Part shown: one piece after another, positions 9,401 to 18,619 of the stretch | Numbering within the stretch: the stretch's first letter is position 1 | Layout of the letters: every line of letters starts with the position of its first letter | The notes under the pieces: model-generated | Seen by the model: the letters and a program-made list of their open reading frames with translations, nothing else | Told to the model about the DNA's origin: nothing | The model's database searches: none | IMG/VR virus record: IMGVR_UViG_3300021959_000045 | Span: 1-56,998 of that record | Strand: one strand, 5' to 3' | DNA from: a virus | Taxonomy: Duplodnaviria > Caudoviricetes | DNA: 56,998 nt | Made by a program: the position numbers and the translations under genes

Positions 9401-12400
9401 AGTATGTTTGGTAGTAGTTGTGGTGTTAGTAGTAGTCGTATCTGTTGTGATACTTTCAACAAACAAACCATCGCCATCGGTAGTCGTTGAGTTTGTTACA
9501 TCATAAGAATTTGAATTGGATATTGTCGAGTTAACACCAGTTACCTGTCCGACTTCCAAATCATCGGGATTTTGACCAGACCAGTTGGTTTCGTGCTCGT
9601 TCCAAATAAACCCAACATCGGTACTTTCAATTCGAGTACCATTAGGAATAATTTTAGGTGCTTTATACTTGGTGTCTTTCCACTCATCAGATGCGGGAGA
9701 CAGACTCATAAACCCGTCAAAAATATTGATGATAAATGGGTTTACTGGTTCATTACGAGAAGCTATTAGAATAGATTTCCAATTAACCTCGGCATAATCA
9801 AGATATAACATATCTCCTTTTTTAATAACACCAGAAGAGTTTGCTTGATCCCAAATTAATCGGATATTATCTGAGGAAAATTTAGGTCTAGCAACATTAC
9901 TTTGGAAGTCTAATGAAGCACGATAATCTTTAGATTTCGTAGCAGAGAGAGTTTGATCTTTAAAATTCTCTACAAAAAATCCAGATTTTGTTCTGATATT
10001 ACCATCTGCATCTAATAGACTAAGATTTTTAGTATCAACTTCTAAAAGACTTAAAGCTGTCACCTCTTCTAATCGATCAAGTTTTTTCTCTAACTTACCG
10101 ATATCTTTCATAGTATAAAGTTTGTGTTCAACTTTAGTGAGCGACAAATCTTCTGGCGTCAGAGTATTAGCGTTCATCACAACTTTATACAATTCTAGTG
10201 ATTTGTCTGGCGTCTTTTTGAACTGTGGATTTCTATCTGGAACTCCACGAATATACATTAACTTACCCTCTTGAGACATGACCAATTTGTCAGCTCTTGG
10301 TAAGTAGTAAGAGTTGTCGCCAGTTATTAAGGTTGCCCGTTTAGGTAAATGGAAAGTTTCCGTTCCATTATCATAGGTTCCGGAAACACTATCAAAATCC
10401 GGTCTAAAATCTAGGACATTGAATAAACGTGTGGCGGCATCATTAGTAGGTTTATAAGTTGGAATATCATTATATGTTATAGAAATACTAGGTCCATCAA
10501 TATAAGAATTTTTTGAATAGTAATATCCCCCTGATGGAAGTGTTACCCTTTCCCAATGTTCAAATTTAGTATAAATTGGTCCAGAATATGGAAAGGTCTG
10601 AACTAAACGTCCCTTAGCATAATGAGTATCACGTTGACCATTGTCTAATGTGAAATATGAAAAAATACTGTTTCCGTTAGCACTATCTTTAATTTCCGAA
10701 ACTGTTTTGATATCATACTGTTGTAAATTAAAGGGAGTACCAGATACTACAGTTCCCGTTATTGTCGTTTCAACGGGTCTTTTCTGTTTTGGCGTTGCGT
10801 TAGTAATTCTTTTGTAAAGTGTTGCTGTATATTGTAGGTTTGGAGTTAAATTGGTAAAATCAGCTTGGGTTCCGACAGGAGCACCTTGAGTTGCATCAAC
10901 AATGAAAGATACCGAACCTGAATCTTGACTAGAAACAATCCAGCTCGATGTGTCTGTATAAGTATCACCACTGGTTGTTATTGATGCTTCACCAGATCCA
11001 TTGGTGGTAAATGTTTGTTGTGTAATAAAGTTGTAATCTAACTCTCCATTTATCCCGCCCACAAGGGAAGGTCTGGGACGAGGTAAAGTGAATAATAAAT
11101 CTTTATTTTTTATGTCCCCTTTGATAACAGCTCGAAGAGGATTACCTTCCAACACTAAATTAAAATAATTAGTTGTTCCTGTGCCAATACTCTTAGCACT
11201 TCGGATGCTTGAAGAAATGTCACCGGAACTAGAAATGTAAACACGAGTCACTGAGTTTACGCCGCCAACAGAACCCGTAGTGCGTTCTATAGAACGTACT
11301 TTAACATTTCCTATAACCGAACCAGTTCCTCCAGGATCAGCATAAAGATTAACAGTTGAACCTAAAGTTAAAGTTCCTCTGTGCGTGGTGTTGTCAGTTG
11401 AATTGACATTAAAATACCTGTCATAAACTACGGGAACAACATCCCCAGAAATCGTTTCTGTTGCGGTTGGTTTGGGAATAACAAGTTTTTTAAGAGTAGG
11501 GTTTTCTGTTCGATAACCGTTAATATAAGAAACACCCTTAGATACTTCCAGATACAATCTGTCTTCAATAGCTGCAGAATCTATTTCAACGAAACGAATT
11601 TTATATGGTTCTACGATGTAATTACCAGATTCTTCAGCGGTTCTTTGTGCTAAGACATCATTAATTTTATTATATTCGTTTAATCCAGTTGTTGCCTGAG
11701 CAATAACGCCGTCTGCAATACGTGCCAAAAATATAAAGTTTTCTGAAGGAAGAGTGTCTTCTCGTTTCATTAACTTTAAACGAATTCTATAACGATCAGC
11801 GCCTGGTGATGTTAGGTTAGGAACAGAACCCTGATTATCGTAAAGGAGATTACTGTCCGTTGCCGTGACAATATCTTGATAGACTACAAAACCGATATCG
11901 CCAGTAAAACCACCAAAATATTTTGATAAAATTACTGCTTGTTTAGGAACCTCTACAAAATGACCCAAAACAAAATAATGTCCAGCGCCAACGCCCAATT
12001 TACTACCAAAACCAACTGGCCAAATTAAATTGTTATAATTTGAATTTTCTACAATAACAGGATCGCCACCGTTAACTGTTAGTATTTCACCCGGACTGAA
12101 TTTGACGGGCGCTGGACCAGAATTGTCAGCGCCCTCGGCGAGTGTAAGATCTGTTTCAGATGTGGGGTTACCGTTTTTATATCTTACATAAATGGTCGGT
12201 ACATTAGTCAAATCCCCTGCATCTTCTGTGCCAGGAACAAATTGAATAACTTGTGCAACCACACCTGAAGTAGAACCAGTAACATCTCTACCCACTAAGT
12301 TTGCACTAGTAGTAAATGCACTCGACTGTAAACGAACATATTCGTAAGCATTATTGACATAGATGCCGCCCGGTTTTACTGCCGCACCTTGTTTAAAAAG

Positions 12401-12571
12401 GTGACCACCCAAACGAGAAAGTTCTCTTTGGATTATTGTTTGTAATTCGTTAAGCTCTCTTGCTTGAAGGGGTCTTCCAGAATTAAACAATACCTTATGA
12501 TAACCACGATTGGGACTGTAGTCATCTTTATATGTGGTATATTCAATATTACTATTGTAAGTAGTAGGCAT
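6434..12571 (-). CDS. Large structural protein, VrlC-like / DUF4815 family (baseplate-associated)
   Basis: 2045 aa. N-terminal YxDDY...HKVLFNSGRPLQARELNELQ, YTMKDIGKLEKKL, DPIAQTF, C-terminal PVIRDLRAIAL. Located after gp8. Confidence 0.8.
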   Translation of the reverse strand: MPTTYNSNIEYTTYKDDYSPNRGYHKVLFNSGRPLQARELNELQTIIQRELSRLGGHLFKQGAAVKPGGIYVNNAYEYVRLQSSAFTTSANLVGRDVTGSTSGVVAQVIQFVPGTEDAGDLTNVPTIYVRYKNGNPTSETDLTLAEGADNSGPAPVKFSPGEILTVNGGDPVIVENSNYNNLIWPVGFGSKLGVGAGHYFVLGHFVEVPKQAVILSKYFGGFTGDIGFVVYQDIVTATDSNLLYDNQGSVPNLTSPGADRYRIRLKLMKREDTLPSENFIFLARIADGVIAQATTGLNEYNKINDVLAQRTAEESGNYIVEPYKIRFVEIDSAAIEDRLYLEVSKGVSYINGYRTENPTLKKLVIPKPTATETISGDVVPVVYDRYFNVNSTDNTTHRGTLTLGSTVNLYADPGGTGSVIGNVKVRSIERTTGSVGGVNSVTRVYISSSGDISSSIRSAKSIGTGTTNYFNLVLEGNPLRAVIKGDIKNKDLLFTLPRPRPSLVGGINGELDYNFITQQTFTTNGSGEASITTSGDTYTDTSSWIVSSQDSGSVSFIVDATQGAPVGTQADFTNLTPNLQYTATLYKRITNATPKQKRPVETTITGTVVSGTPFNLQQYDIKTVSEIKDSANGNSIFSYFTLDNGQRDTHYAKGRLVQTFPYSGPIYTKFEHWERVTLPSGGYYYSKNSYIDGPSISITYNDIPTYKPTNDAATRLFNVLDFRPDFDSVSGTYDNGTETFHLPKRATLITGDNSYYLPRADKLVMSQEGKLMYIRGVPDRNPQFKKTPDKSLELYKVVMNANTLTPEDLSLTKVEHKLYTMKDIGKLEKKLDRLEEVTALSLLEVDTKNLSLLDADGNIRTKSGFFVENFKDQTLSATKSKDYRASLDFQSNVARPKFSSDNIRLIWDQANSSGVIKKGDMLYLDYAEVNWKSILIASRNEPVNPFIINIFDGFMSLSPASDEWKDTKYKAPKIIPNGTRIESTDVGFIWNEHETNWSGQNPDDLEVGQVTGVNSTISNSNSYDVTNSTTTDGDGLFVESITTDTTTTNTTTTTKHTVTKIVSEETIEEVVGDRIVQVYSIPWMRSRKIYFKAEGLRPSVRVFPFFNNKKVSKWCRQESFVLFSDREEDEGNINTQYTQHPDGPTTLITNQFGEVSGSFLIPRVINADLYYKTILGIETYDPAQDVDRFPAGSLEFKLLDITQPLDDAATSRAFTVYSAKGVLNQRQKDVLSTRVLHEASSDFYSESFHVSTTSATSLVQNETTANQFTELLSTVEDMSSEIAELGSQIDIIQEELDNTELEVTALNNEYQNLSDAVANNRATLETIVTTENSGVGQDTGNANDQGSGVIAQGTTTVQSVVIEEEVSGVGGSSSGTQAVATTVFNVNNGGEAVIGTANAIDVTYEGSGSNEVATVSITDGSFNELDQIVVVSAGVRPDTTSGNDTAASFGYTRAIPNNLTATEGGKTAAATNDQTTYTNAGGETLYVYNVDEPDATKVSSAHRTGDNSEQVRRCRYHDPIAQTFMVDNEYGTFITKVGLFFATKDPTIPVQVQIRPTVNGVPSSSKIIASKFVASSQVQVPARVDFKNFATVKSTETVFEFDEPVFLSPFTEYAICVLASNTPYYTVYVSEMEQWVLGSTSERILTQPSLGSFFRSQNSQLWEPDQQVDMMYKLYRAQFRYGGKAVFRNADVPRELLDPDPINTTAGSTEVYVNHYDHGLRVGDKAELLGLDSSAKYGGGTGVLGSSMLTINGVRRTVTKADTFGYVFNADSAAPTTSTFGGTGITSDRNIQFNIANLNIETANPDATSISAGYKFTTGSSIAGNQTSYNKNTQWQRITPKINTSFDAPRQIANRYNETDATVGFQQRSCEIKVDLKSSHEFISPMLDLQRCSLTLIENIVDFQDSADVSDFKNIPIRYTSETDPYSGSHPAKHITKPISLAEDAVGLKVLYAANIPPNTEILLYYRTSVDGEDITTKNWIYDAPENTLPTDENPTIFREYTNLMGGEGGSLDAFNEFQLKMVFRSKNSSKVPVIRDLRAIALVD

Positions 12572-12583
12572 TTTAAATAATCC

Positions 12584-14026
12584 TTAGAATGTAATTACTA
12601 TTTTTAAATCTTGACGCGACTCATCATCTCTCGGAATTTCAGAACGATTGTCAACATACATGAGTTCACCAGAATAGTTATCTATATCTGGCGATACGAA
12701 GGTCGCGATGGTTGCCGCTGCGCCACCTTGGATTCTAGATAGAACATCACCTATCTGAAAGGTTCCATACCCAGAGGAATCGTTTTGATGATACCACATA
12801 TATCCTGTAGTGGTAATACCATCACTACTGTCATAATAGTGATCTACAATTGCAGAAGCGTTGCTGGTGCCTCCTGTAATAAAATCTCCGGGACTAAAAA
12901 ACCCTGATGGAGATGAAGTAGTCAATGAGTTTAAATTGTTTCCAGTTAAGCTTGTAAAATAATCACTATCATTTACAGTAGTGGTTGGATTTTTCAATAA
13001 TGAAATCTGTCTAAAAGATGTAGATAGTCCGGACCGAAAAGGTATGATTGTATCAGTTTCGTTACCAGCCAACTGAACATTAAACATTAATTGAGTAGCG
13101 CGTAAGTCAATAGTTGGATCAGCACCAATACCGTTTTTAGGAGAAAAAATTGGTCTAACAATTCCTGATGCACCATTAATCGAAACACTAGCGTTATCAT
13201 ATCCAGAACCGAATTGCCAACCCGTACCAACACCATTACTATCAATTTCAACGCTGATTAGATATCCGCTGCCGTCTATTCTTGCAACACCTGCCGCTGG
13301 TACTTGATTCGCCCCTGTAATTGTAACGGTTGGTGTTGAACTATAATTACCACTACCCGCATCAAGAACTTCAAATCCTACAATTGATTTTGGAACTGCA
13401 TTATCTTGCACATTTTTTTGTTGAATGTCTGTTGCGACATCATTTACGCCAGCTGAGTCAACAAATTTAACAGGAATAAATTTAGAAGTTACATAATTAT
13501 CGGTGTCAGCAACACTAATGGTATACATAAACTTCCAGAAATAACCATCGCCGGTTTTAAAAGGAACCCCGTTCAGTCCTCCGGTAGGTTGAACAGTAGA
13601 AATTGACGGATTCGGAAGAGTTTTTCCACTAATAGGATCAAGAAATACTCCGCCAGCAACACCAGCCCTCAGACACATGTAGACTTGATTCTGGTCATTA
13701 AGGACATAATATTTTTTCGAATCGTCATCGTGGTCGGTATGATCATCGTTATACTCATGATAAATCGTACCTGAAGTCCAGTTATAACGAGGGATAACAT
13801 AACTTAAATTCGTAACCAGTTTTGAAGCTTGAAAAGCGTTTCTAGTCGATTTAGACCAAGAAGGTGACTGTAGGTAGTCAACTTGTGAAACATCAGGCGG
13901 AGTATCTACTGCACCCCATTGTTCTGTTCTACCGATAACAATATAGTAGTTATCGCCAGAATCATAATCTCGTCGGAGTTCCTGAGTTAATTCCCGTTTG
14001 AATTGATCAGTTATTGTTGCTGTCAT
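12584..14026 (-). CDS. gp8: Baseplate wedge subunit gp8
   Basis: VIPRYNWTSGTIY, YYVLN...VYMCL, GDGYFWKFMYTI, C-terminal SGELMYVDNR...QDLKIVITF. Confidence 0.85.
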   Translation of the reverse strand: MTATITDQFKRELTQELRRDYDSGDNYYIVIGRTEQWGAVDTPPDVSQVDYLQSPSWSKSTRNAFQASKLVTNLSYVIPRYNWTSGTIYHEYNDDHTDHDDDSKKYYVLNDQNQVYMCLRAGVAGGVFLDPISGKTLPNPSISTVQPTGGLNGVPFKTGDGYFWKFMYTISVADTDNYVTSKFIPVKFVDSAGVNDVATDIQQKNVQDNAVPKSIVGFEVLDAGSGNYSSTPTVTITGANQVPAAGVARIDGSGYLISVEIDSNGVGTGWQFGSGYDNASVSINGASGIVRPIFSPKNGIGADPTIDLRATQLMFNVQLAGNETDTIIPFRSGLSTSFRQISLLKNPTTTVNDSDYFTSLTGNNLNSLTTSSPSGFFSPGDFITGGTSNASAIVDHYYDSSDGITTTGYMWYHQNDSSGYGTFQIGDVLSRIQGGAAATIATFVSPDIDNYSGELMYVDNRSEIPRDDESRQDLKIVITF

Positions 14027-14044
14027 TTCTTTTTAACCTTTATA

Positions 14045-15055
14045 TTATGGTGTTATTGTTACATCACTTTTGTTGATTACATACCAGTTACTACCGTCCC
14101 ATATAAGATGTGCTACAGTACCAGTGGTTAACGTAAAATTAGTACCCTGTCCAAAATTAGTAGGTACAATTGCAAAATTATTACTTGCGCCTACATTTGT
14201 TACGTATTTAACTTCACCCTTTTCATCACCGTCTGGTAAAGTCCAATTATCGGTCCCTGAAGCATTGATAAAAACCGCAGGTTGGTTGGCCAAGACGGTA
14301 CCACCATTACTGGTTTGTGTTGCATACTGTCCGTCACCAAACATAACTTTAGTAGAAAGTTCAACTGCTCCTGAACCTTTCGGTAGAAGTCGTATACTAA
14401 CATCTGTATCGGTACCGTCTGCACTAATATCAACTGGACTATTAGTCAAGGCGTTACTTAATTTTAAATAGTTAACTGCTGTTCCAACAACGGCCTCAAA
14501 TTCTAAAATACCTTCGTTGCCTGCATCGACCCAAACGGTATCAGAGATAATCGCATTGTTAATAGTACAGGAATCAACTGACTTATTTTTTAAATTTTGG
14601 GTCGCATTCGCAAACACAAACGAATCATCAGATGTTAAAACCGGCAACTGAATACTAATATTTGATGCGAGTTCCGAACTATGTACCCGATAATAATGAT
14701 CTGCACTTAGATCATTTATTAATAAGTCACCATAAGAACATGAATCAAGGGTCTTATTCGTCAAAGTTTGTGTTGCGGAATCCAAGACAACGAAGGCCGA
14801 GTAATCAGGAAATTTAATAGAGTTGTTTTGTGATGGACCTACTGCACCCACATTTGTTTTATATGTCAGTGTGGGATCTTTAAAATTAATACTAGCACTA
14901 TCAAAATCAACGAAAGTTCCAATAATAAACCCATCTGGGCCAAAAGTATCATAGATCTCTTGAAAATTTTCGTTTATTTTAGACGCACCCGCTCGCAGAG
15001 TATCCCCTGTCCCGTCATTTGCAGTCGAACCAATATTAACAATTTGCCTTGTCAT
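14045..15055 (-). CDS. Baseplate wedge tail-fibre connector, gp9/gp10-like N-terminus
   Basis: N-terminal RQIVNIGSTANDGTGDTLRAGASKINENFQEIY motif; TQTLTNKTL repeats. Confidence 0.75.
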   Translation of the reverse strand: MTRQIVNIGSTANDGTGDTLRAGASKINENFQEIYDTFGPDGFIIGTFVDFDSASINFKDPTLTYKTNVGAVGPSQNNSIKFPDYSAFVVLDSATQTLTNKTLDSCSYGDLLINDLSADHYYRVHSSELASNISIQLPVLTSDDSFVFANATQNLKNKSVDSCTINNAIISDTVWVDAGNEGILEFEAVVGTAVNYLKLSNALTNSPVDISADGTDTDVSIRLLPKGSGAVELSTKVMFGDGQYATQTSNGGTVLANQPAVFINASGTDNWTLPDGDEKGEVKYVTNVGASNNFAIVPTNFGQGTNFTLTTGTVAHLIWDGSNWYVINKSDVTITP

Positions 15056-15081
15056 CGTTTAATCCATTTTACCTTAATGTT

Positions 15082-15089
15082 TATTTATA
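15082..15089 (-). promoter_or_regulatory. T4-type late promoter TATAAATA
   Basis: Exact TATAAATA on the minus strand, about 27 bp upstream of the gp9-like ATG. Confidence 0.8.
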
Positions 15090-15091
15090 CC

Positions 15092-16198
15092 TTATTTCCT
15101 ATCGAAGGTTCCGAAAGTTCCCATAAAGGTTGTCAGAGACACATCCGAATCAATAGAGAAGTCGATGTTACTATTGCCGACTCGATCAACATCTGTACTA
15201 CTATCCATATCGAACGAAGCAATCTTCGGAGTTACATAAGAAGAATCATAATCGACACCGATAGTTCCTATTAATGCATTATTTCCATCCACACCAGCAT
15301 ATGCGTCTCTTTCGCCCGGAACCACAAAACCACCAAGAGTCTTTAATGTAGTTGGTGTGAATCTTGCCAATGGGTCAAGTGAAAATTCTTCAAACTGGTC
15401 TACATGATATCTGTCTAAGTGAACTTTGATCTTTCCGAGACCCCCAGTATATGTAGAGTCGTAAATAGCATAATGACTCGTTTCACTTTGATCAGCGGCT
15501 AACTTAGTGAAAGATGCCGAATCTATGCTGATCACAACAGGCGTAGCAATTCGACCAGCACTATCCATCAAATCATAACCATCATAAGGAATGCCGCCAA
15601 ACGCAGCTTCTCCAACTGCTTGGATTTGTCCAGCAAGATAAAATCCTGCTGGGTGTGCGAACAACTTATATACTTCTCTCCATACCGTAATAGGAATACC
15701 AATTTTAATGAGAATAGCAAACGTCTGATATAATTTATCGTCCGTTATAAAACGATTACTTAAAGGTCCTATTTCTGAACTGTTTAGATTAAACACCTTT
15801 TCACTAGTATATTCAATATCCGGATCTTCACCGAAGAAAGAACGAAAAAATTGTTGAATTGCAAGTTTAGATCCTTTCGATTTATAAAGATTACTTGCAA
15901 TTTGAGCAGCACCTCTTTTATCTACAAATCCTTGAAAGTAACTTTCACCCAATAGAAGTTCGTCTTCCAAGAAACCCAAAAGAGATAAATCGGTTTCGAC
16001 TATATCTTTGGTCTCAAAAAGATGGTGAATTAGTTCAGCTGGTGATTCCTCGGATTCTATCCACTCATAATATTTCTCTAAAAATGTAATAAACTGAGGA
16101 TAGTCCTGTATAAAATGATCAGGAAGAACTTCTTTGATCTTCCTGTCATACAAGGTCAATTCACGTCTGTTATTTTCTTTGTAACCGAAATGAGCCAT
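15092..16198 (-). CDS. Baseplate wedge protein, short gp7-like
   Basis: LPDHFIQDYPQFITFLEKYYEW, LYKSKGS..FFRSFFGED, HPAGF motifs; follows gp6. Confidence 0.7.
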   Translation of the reverse strand: MAHFGYKENNRRELTLYDRKIKEVLPDHFIQDYPQFITFLEKYYEWIESEESPAELIHHLFETKDIVETDLSLLGFLEDELLLGESYFQGFVDKRGAAQIASNLYKSKGSKLAIQQFFRSFFGEDPDIEYTSEKVFNLNSSEIGPLSNRFITDDKLYQTFAILIKIGIPITVWREVYKLFAHPAGFYLAGQIQAVGEAAFGGIPYDGYDLMDSAGRIATPVVISIDSASFTKLAADQSETSHYAIYDSTYTGGLGKIKVHLDRYHVDQFEEFSLDPLARFTPTTLKTLGGFVVPGERDAYAGVDGNNALIGTIGVDYDSSYVTPKIASFDMDSSTDVDRVGNSNIDFSIDSDVSLTTFMGTFGTFDRK

Positions 16199-16202
16199 GG
16201 GA

Positions 16203-18071
16203 TTATATACTTGTTACCGAAACTGGAGTTTCGAATGAGACATCATTATCATACAACAGAATATTATTTCTCGATGGAGATACTGCACTTTGATTGCCTG
16301 GAATTACTGATATTTTAATAAAATCATCACCCCCAAGAACAGTTTCGGGGGCAAACGAAATCAAACGTACACGACCGTCTAAGAAAAATTCTCCAACATT
16401 GTCGACTAAGGCAACACCAGCGCCCTGTTGTATAACTTGTATAGTTCTTGAACCTAAACGGTTTCTTAAAAAACAGGTTTTACCTTGAAATCTAAACAAA
16501 CCAGATGTTAGTATATACTCTGAATTATTCGGTTGTTGGATAGTTTGTGGGAAAAAGAAATTATAATTTGTTTTTTTACCAAGAAGACTAATTGAATTTC
16601 CATTGTTGTCTAGTCCTGTCGGTGTAAGTCTTTGTTGCATTTTCACGTCTGCTCTACTTGATAAAACAGAGGGGTCAACATTGTCAACAAACGCCAACAG
16701 ATTAGAACGTCTAAAAGATTGTCCAAACTTCCCGATAGAGTTAGTAAAATAATTATTGACAGCGTTTCCAACCAAGGTTTTAATAGTGTTCAAACCAAGC
16801 GTTGTAAATCTAGGGTTGTATTGGTAGTATACCAAAGTTTCTATAAATGTTGTAACAGGATCTAAGAACCTAAGTTTCCACGACACTATCGATAGTCTGT
16901 TGACATAAAGTTCAATATTAACTTTTAGATCGTTAATATCGCTCTGGGATAGACCTGTTTTCCAACGAATACTCATGTATACTGCACCATACTCTGGCGG
17001 ATCATTATCTTCGCCACCCCACGAATTAATTTCTTCGATATATTCTCTAAACCTTGCAAGAACGAGAGTGGAGTAATCTCCAGCCACGACCATACGATTT
17101 TGTGTAGTATACTGAAACGGTGCGTTTCTTTTGATTGATGTGTTAGTTTCTTTTTCTGCCCCACCAATCGAGTTTGAAATAGTAGAGACAGTAATGTCAA
17201 CTTTTACGATATCGTCGTTGGTTAGTGTGACTGATAATTGTTCTGCCGCAGTAAAAACTTTACCCCCATTAGCAATACTACCAGAACAACTAATATATTC
17301 CACAGTAATTTTGTTTCCCGCTTCTGGCGTTGGCCCTAAAGTGTTACCGTTACCAAAAGAAAGTTCGAAGAAACCATTGGGAGATTCTTTGAGAACATAT
17401 ATTAATGAGTTTTCATTGATTTCAGTAGCTTCATTGATTGGTGAATAAATTTGAAAATTCGTAGATGACGGTGTATCAAAAACACGTACCGTTACCGTTG
17501 TACGATCAAGATTTTTATCAGGAATTACGAATATCTCATCTTCTTCAGAAGAACCGACAATAAAAGTTTTTGTTTTAATCACACCTTCAGAGATTGATAT
17601 TATTTCCGGATTATCGCCAGACGGAAGTTTAAAGGAATAGTTGCCCACATTGTTTGTAGCGGTTGTTGCCTCAGTAGTAATAAAAGAATATGAAATGTCA
17701 TTAATAGTAGAGTTAAACTTAAAACCTTTGGGTATGGTAATTGAAGGTGGTTCGTTTCCACCACCAATAGATGCGCTAAATTGTACCTTTGCTTTTGAGG
17801 TTGTGCGTGAACCCGGTATATAACCAATAGCAGACGCAAGAGATACAATAGAACTTCTTAATTGTGCTGTTCCAAGGAAAGATTCGTTGAGAGCATAGTT
17901 TGCAGTTAAAGCGTTATAGTGTGTATTATAAGCAAGAACATCAAGAAGATTGGATAAACCAGATGCTTCGAAATCGAAATCAGTAAATTCGTTTTGTGCT
18001 TCAAAGAACGTCTTCAGATTGTTTTTGATCGTGTCAAAATCTAAAGCTGTTGACTTAATTGTAGTTGACAT
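16203..18071 (-). CDS. gp6: Baseplate wedge subunit gp6
   Basis: LDFDTIKNNLKTF...FTDFDFEASGLSNLLDVLAYNTHYNA; QNRMVVAGDY; WGGEDNDPPEYGAVY. Confidence 0.93.
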   Translation of the reverse strand: MSTTIKSTALDFDTIKNNLKTFFEAQNEFTDFDFEASGLSNLLDVLAYNTHYNALTANYALNESFLGTAQLRSSIVSLASAIGYIPGSRTTSKAKVQFSASIGGGNEPPSITIPKGFKFNSTINDISYSFITTEATTATNNVGNYSFKLPSGDNPEIISISEGVIKTKTFIVGSSEEDEIFVIPDKNLDRTTVTVRVFDTPSSTNFQIYSPINEATEINENSLIYVLKESPNGFFELSFGNGNTLGPTPEAGNKITVEYISCSGSIANGGKVFTAAEQLSVTLTNDDIVKVDITVSTISNSIGGAEKETNTSIKRNAPFQYTTQNRMVVAGDYSTLVLARFREYIEEINSWGGEDNDPPEYGAVYMSIRWKTGLSQSDINDLKVNIELYVNRLSIVSWKLRFLDPVTTFIETLVYYQYNPRFTTLGLNTIKTLVGNAVNNYFTNSIGKFGQSFRRSNLLAFVDNVDPSVLSSRADVKMQQRLTPTGLDNNGNSISLLGKKTNYNFFFPQTIQQPNNSEYILTSGLFRFQGKTCFLRNRLGSRTIQVIQQGAGVALVDNVGEFFLDGRVRLISFAPETVLGGDDFIKISVIPGNQSAVSPSRNNILLYDNDVSFETPVSVTSI

Positions 18072-18512
18072 TTATCTTAACCTCGAAATTGTAGTTTCAA
18101 CTGTTATTGTTTGGTCTGTATTTCTTACCGAAAAACTGAGAAGGATATTTACAGCATTAATATCTTCTTGTACACCCACTCTTATGTTTCTTACCGATGC
18201 TCTGGGTTCGTAAGTTTCAATGGTACTCTTGATTTTTTCTACAATTCTACCACCAGTTTGTTCGTCTGCAAGTTCAAAAAAATAACTTTGCAAATCGATA
18301 CCAAAACCTGGTTCAAAAGGTTTATCAAATTTGTTCGAATTTAATAAGGTTTTTACGGCCTGTTTAACTGCAGCGGTTTCGGTTTTCTTAAAAATGTTTC
18401 CGATATCGCTTGCAGTAAAAGTCAGATCAATATCCTTATAGGGTCTAGTTCTAGTACTAGACGCACTAATCTTAGATATATTTGCATCTTCTTGTGAAAA
18501 AACTCTTGCCAT
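18072..18512 (-). CDS. gp25: Baseplate wedge subunit gp25
   Basis: YKDIDLTF...AVKQAVKTLL...KPFEPGFG...IETYEPR; immediately upstream of gp6. Confidence 0.9.
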   Translation of the reverse strand: MARVFSQEDANISKISASSTRTRPYKDIDLTFTASDIGNIFKKTETAAVKQAVKTLLNSNKFDKPFEPGFGIDLQSYFFELADEQTGGRIVEKIKSTIETYEPRASVRNIRVGVQEDINAVNILLSFSVRNTDQTITVETTISRLR

Positions 18513-18536
18513 TTTTAGTACTCGAAAAGTTATTTT

Positions 18537-18544
18537 TATTTATA
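18537..18544 (-). promoter_or_regulatory. T4-type late promoter TATAAATA
   Basis: Exact motif about 25 bp upstream of gp25. Confidence 0.8.
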
Positions 18545-18546
18545 TG

Positions 18547-18619
18547 GGTTTGTAAACCCCCTCTGAAACTATGAGACGGTTTTTTTTAAAAGTGAAGTTC
18601 CGGTTTCTGTTGACGATGG
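18547..18619. repeat. Circularly permuted copy of 18921-18991
   Basis: 18547-18593 equals 18945-18991 (47/47). 18594-18619 equals 18921-18946 (25/26). Block order is swapped. Confidence 0.95.
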
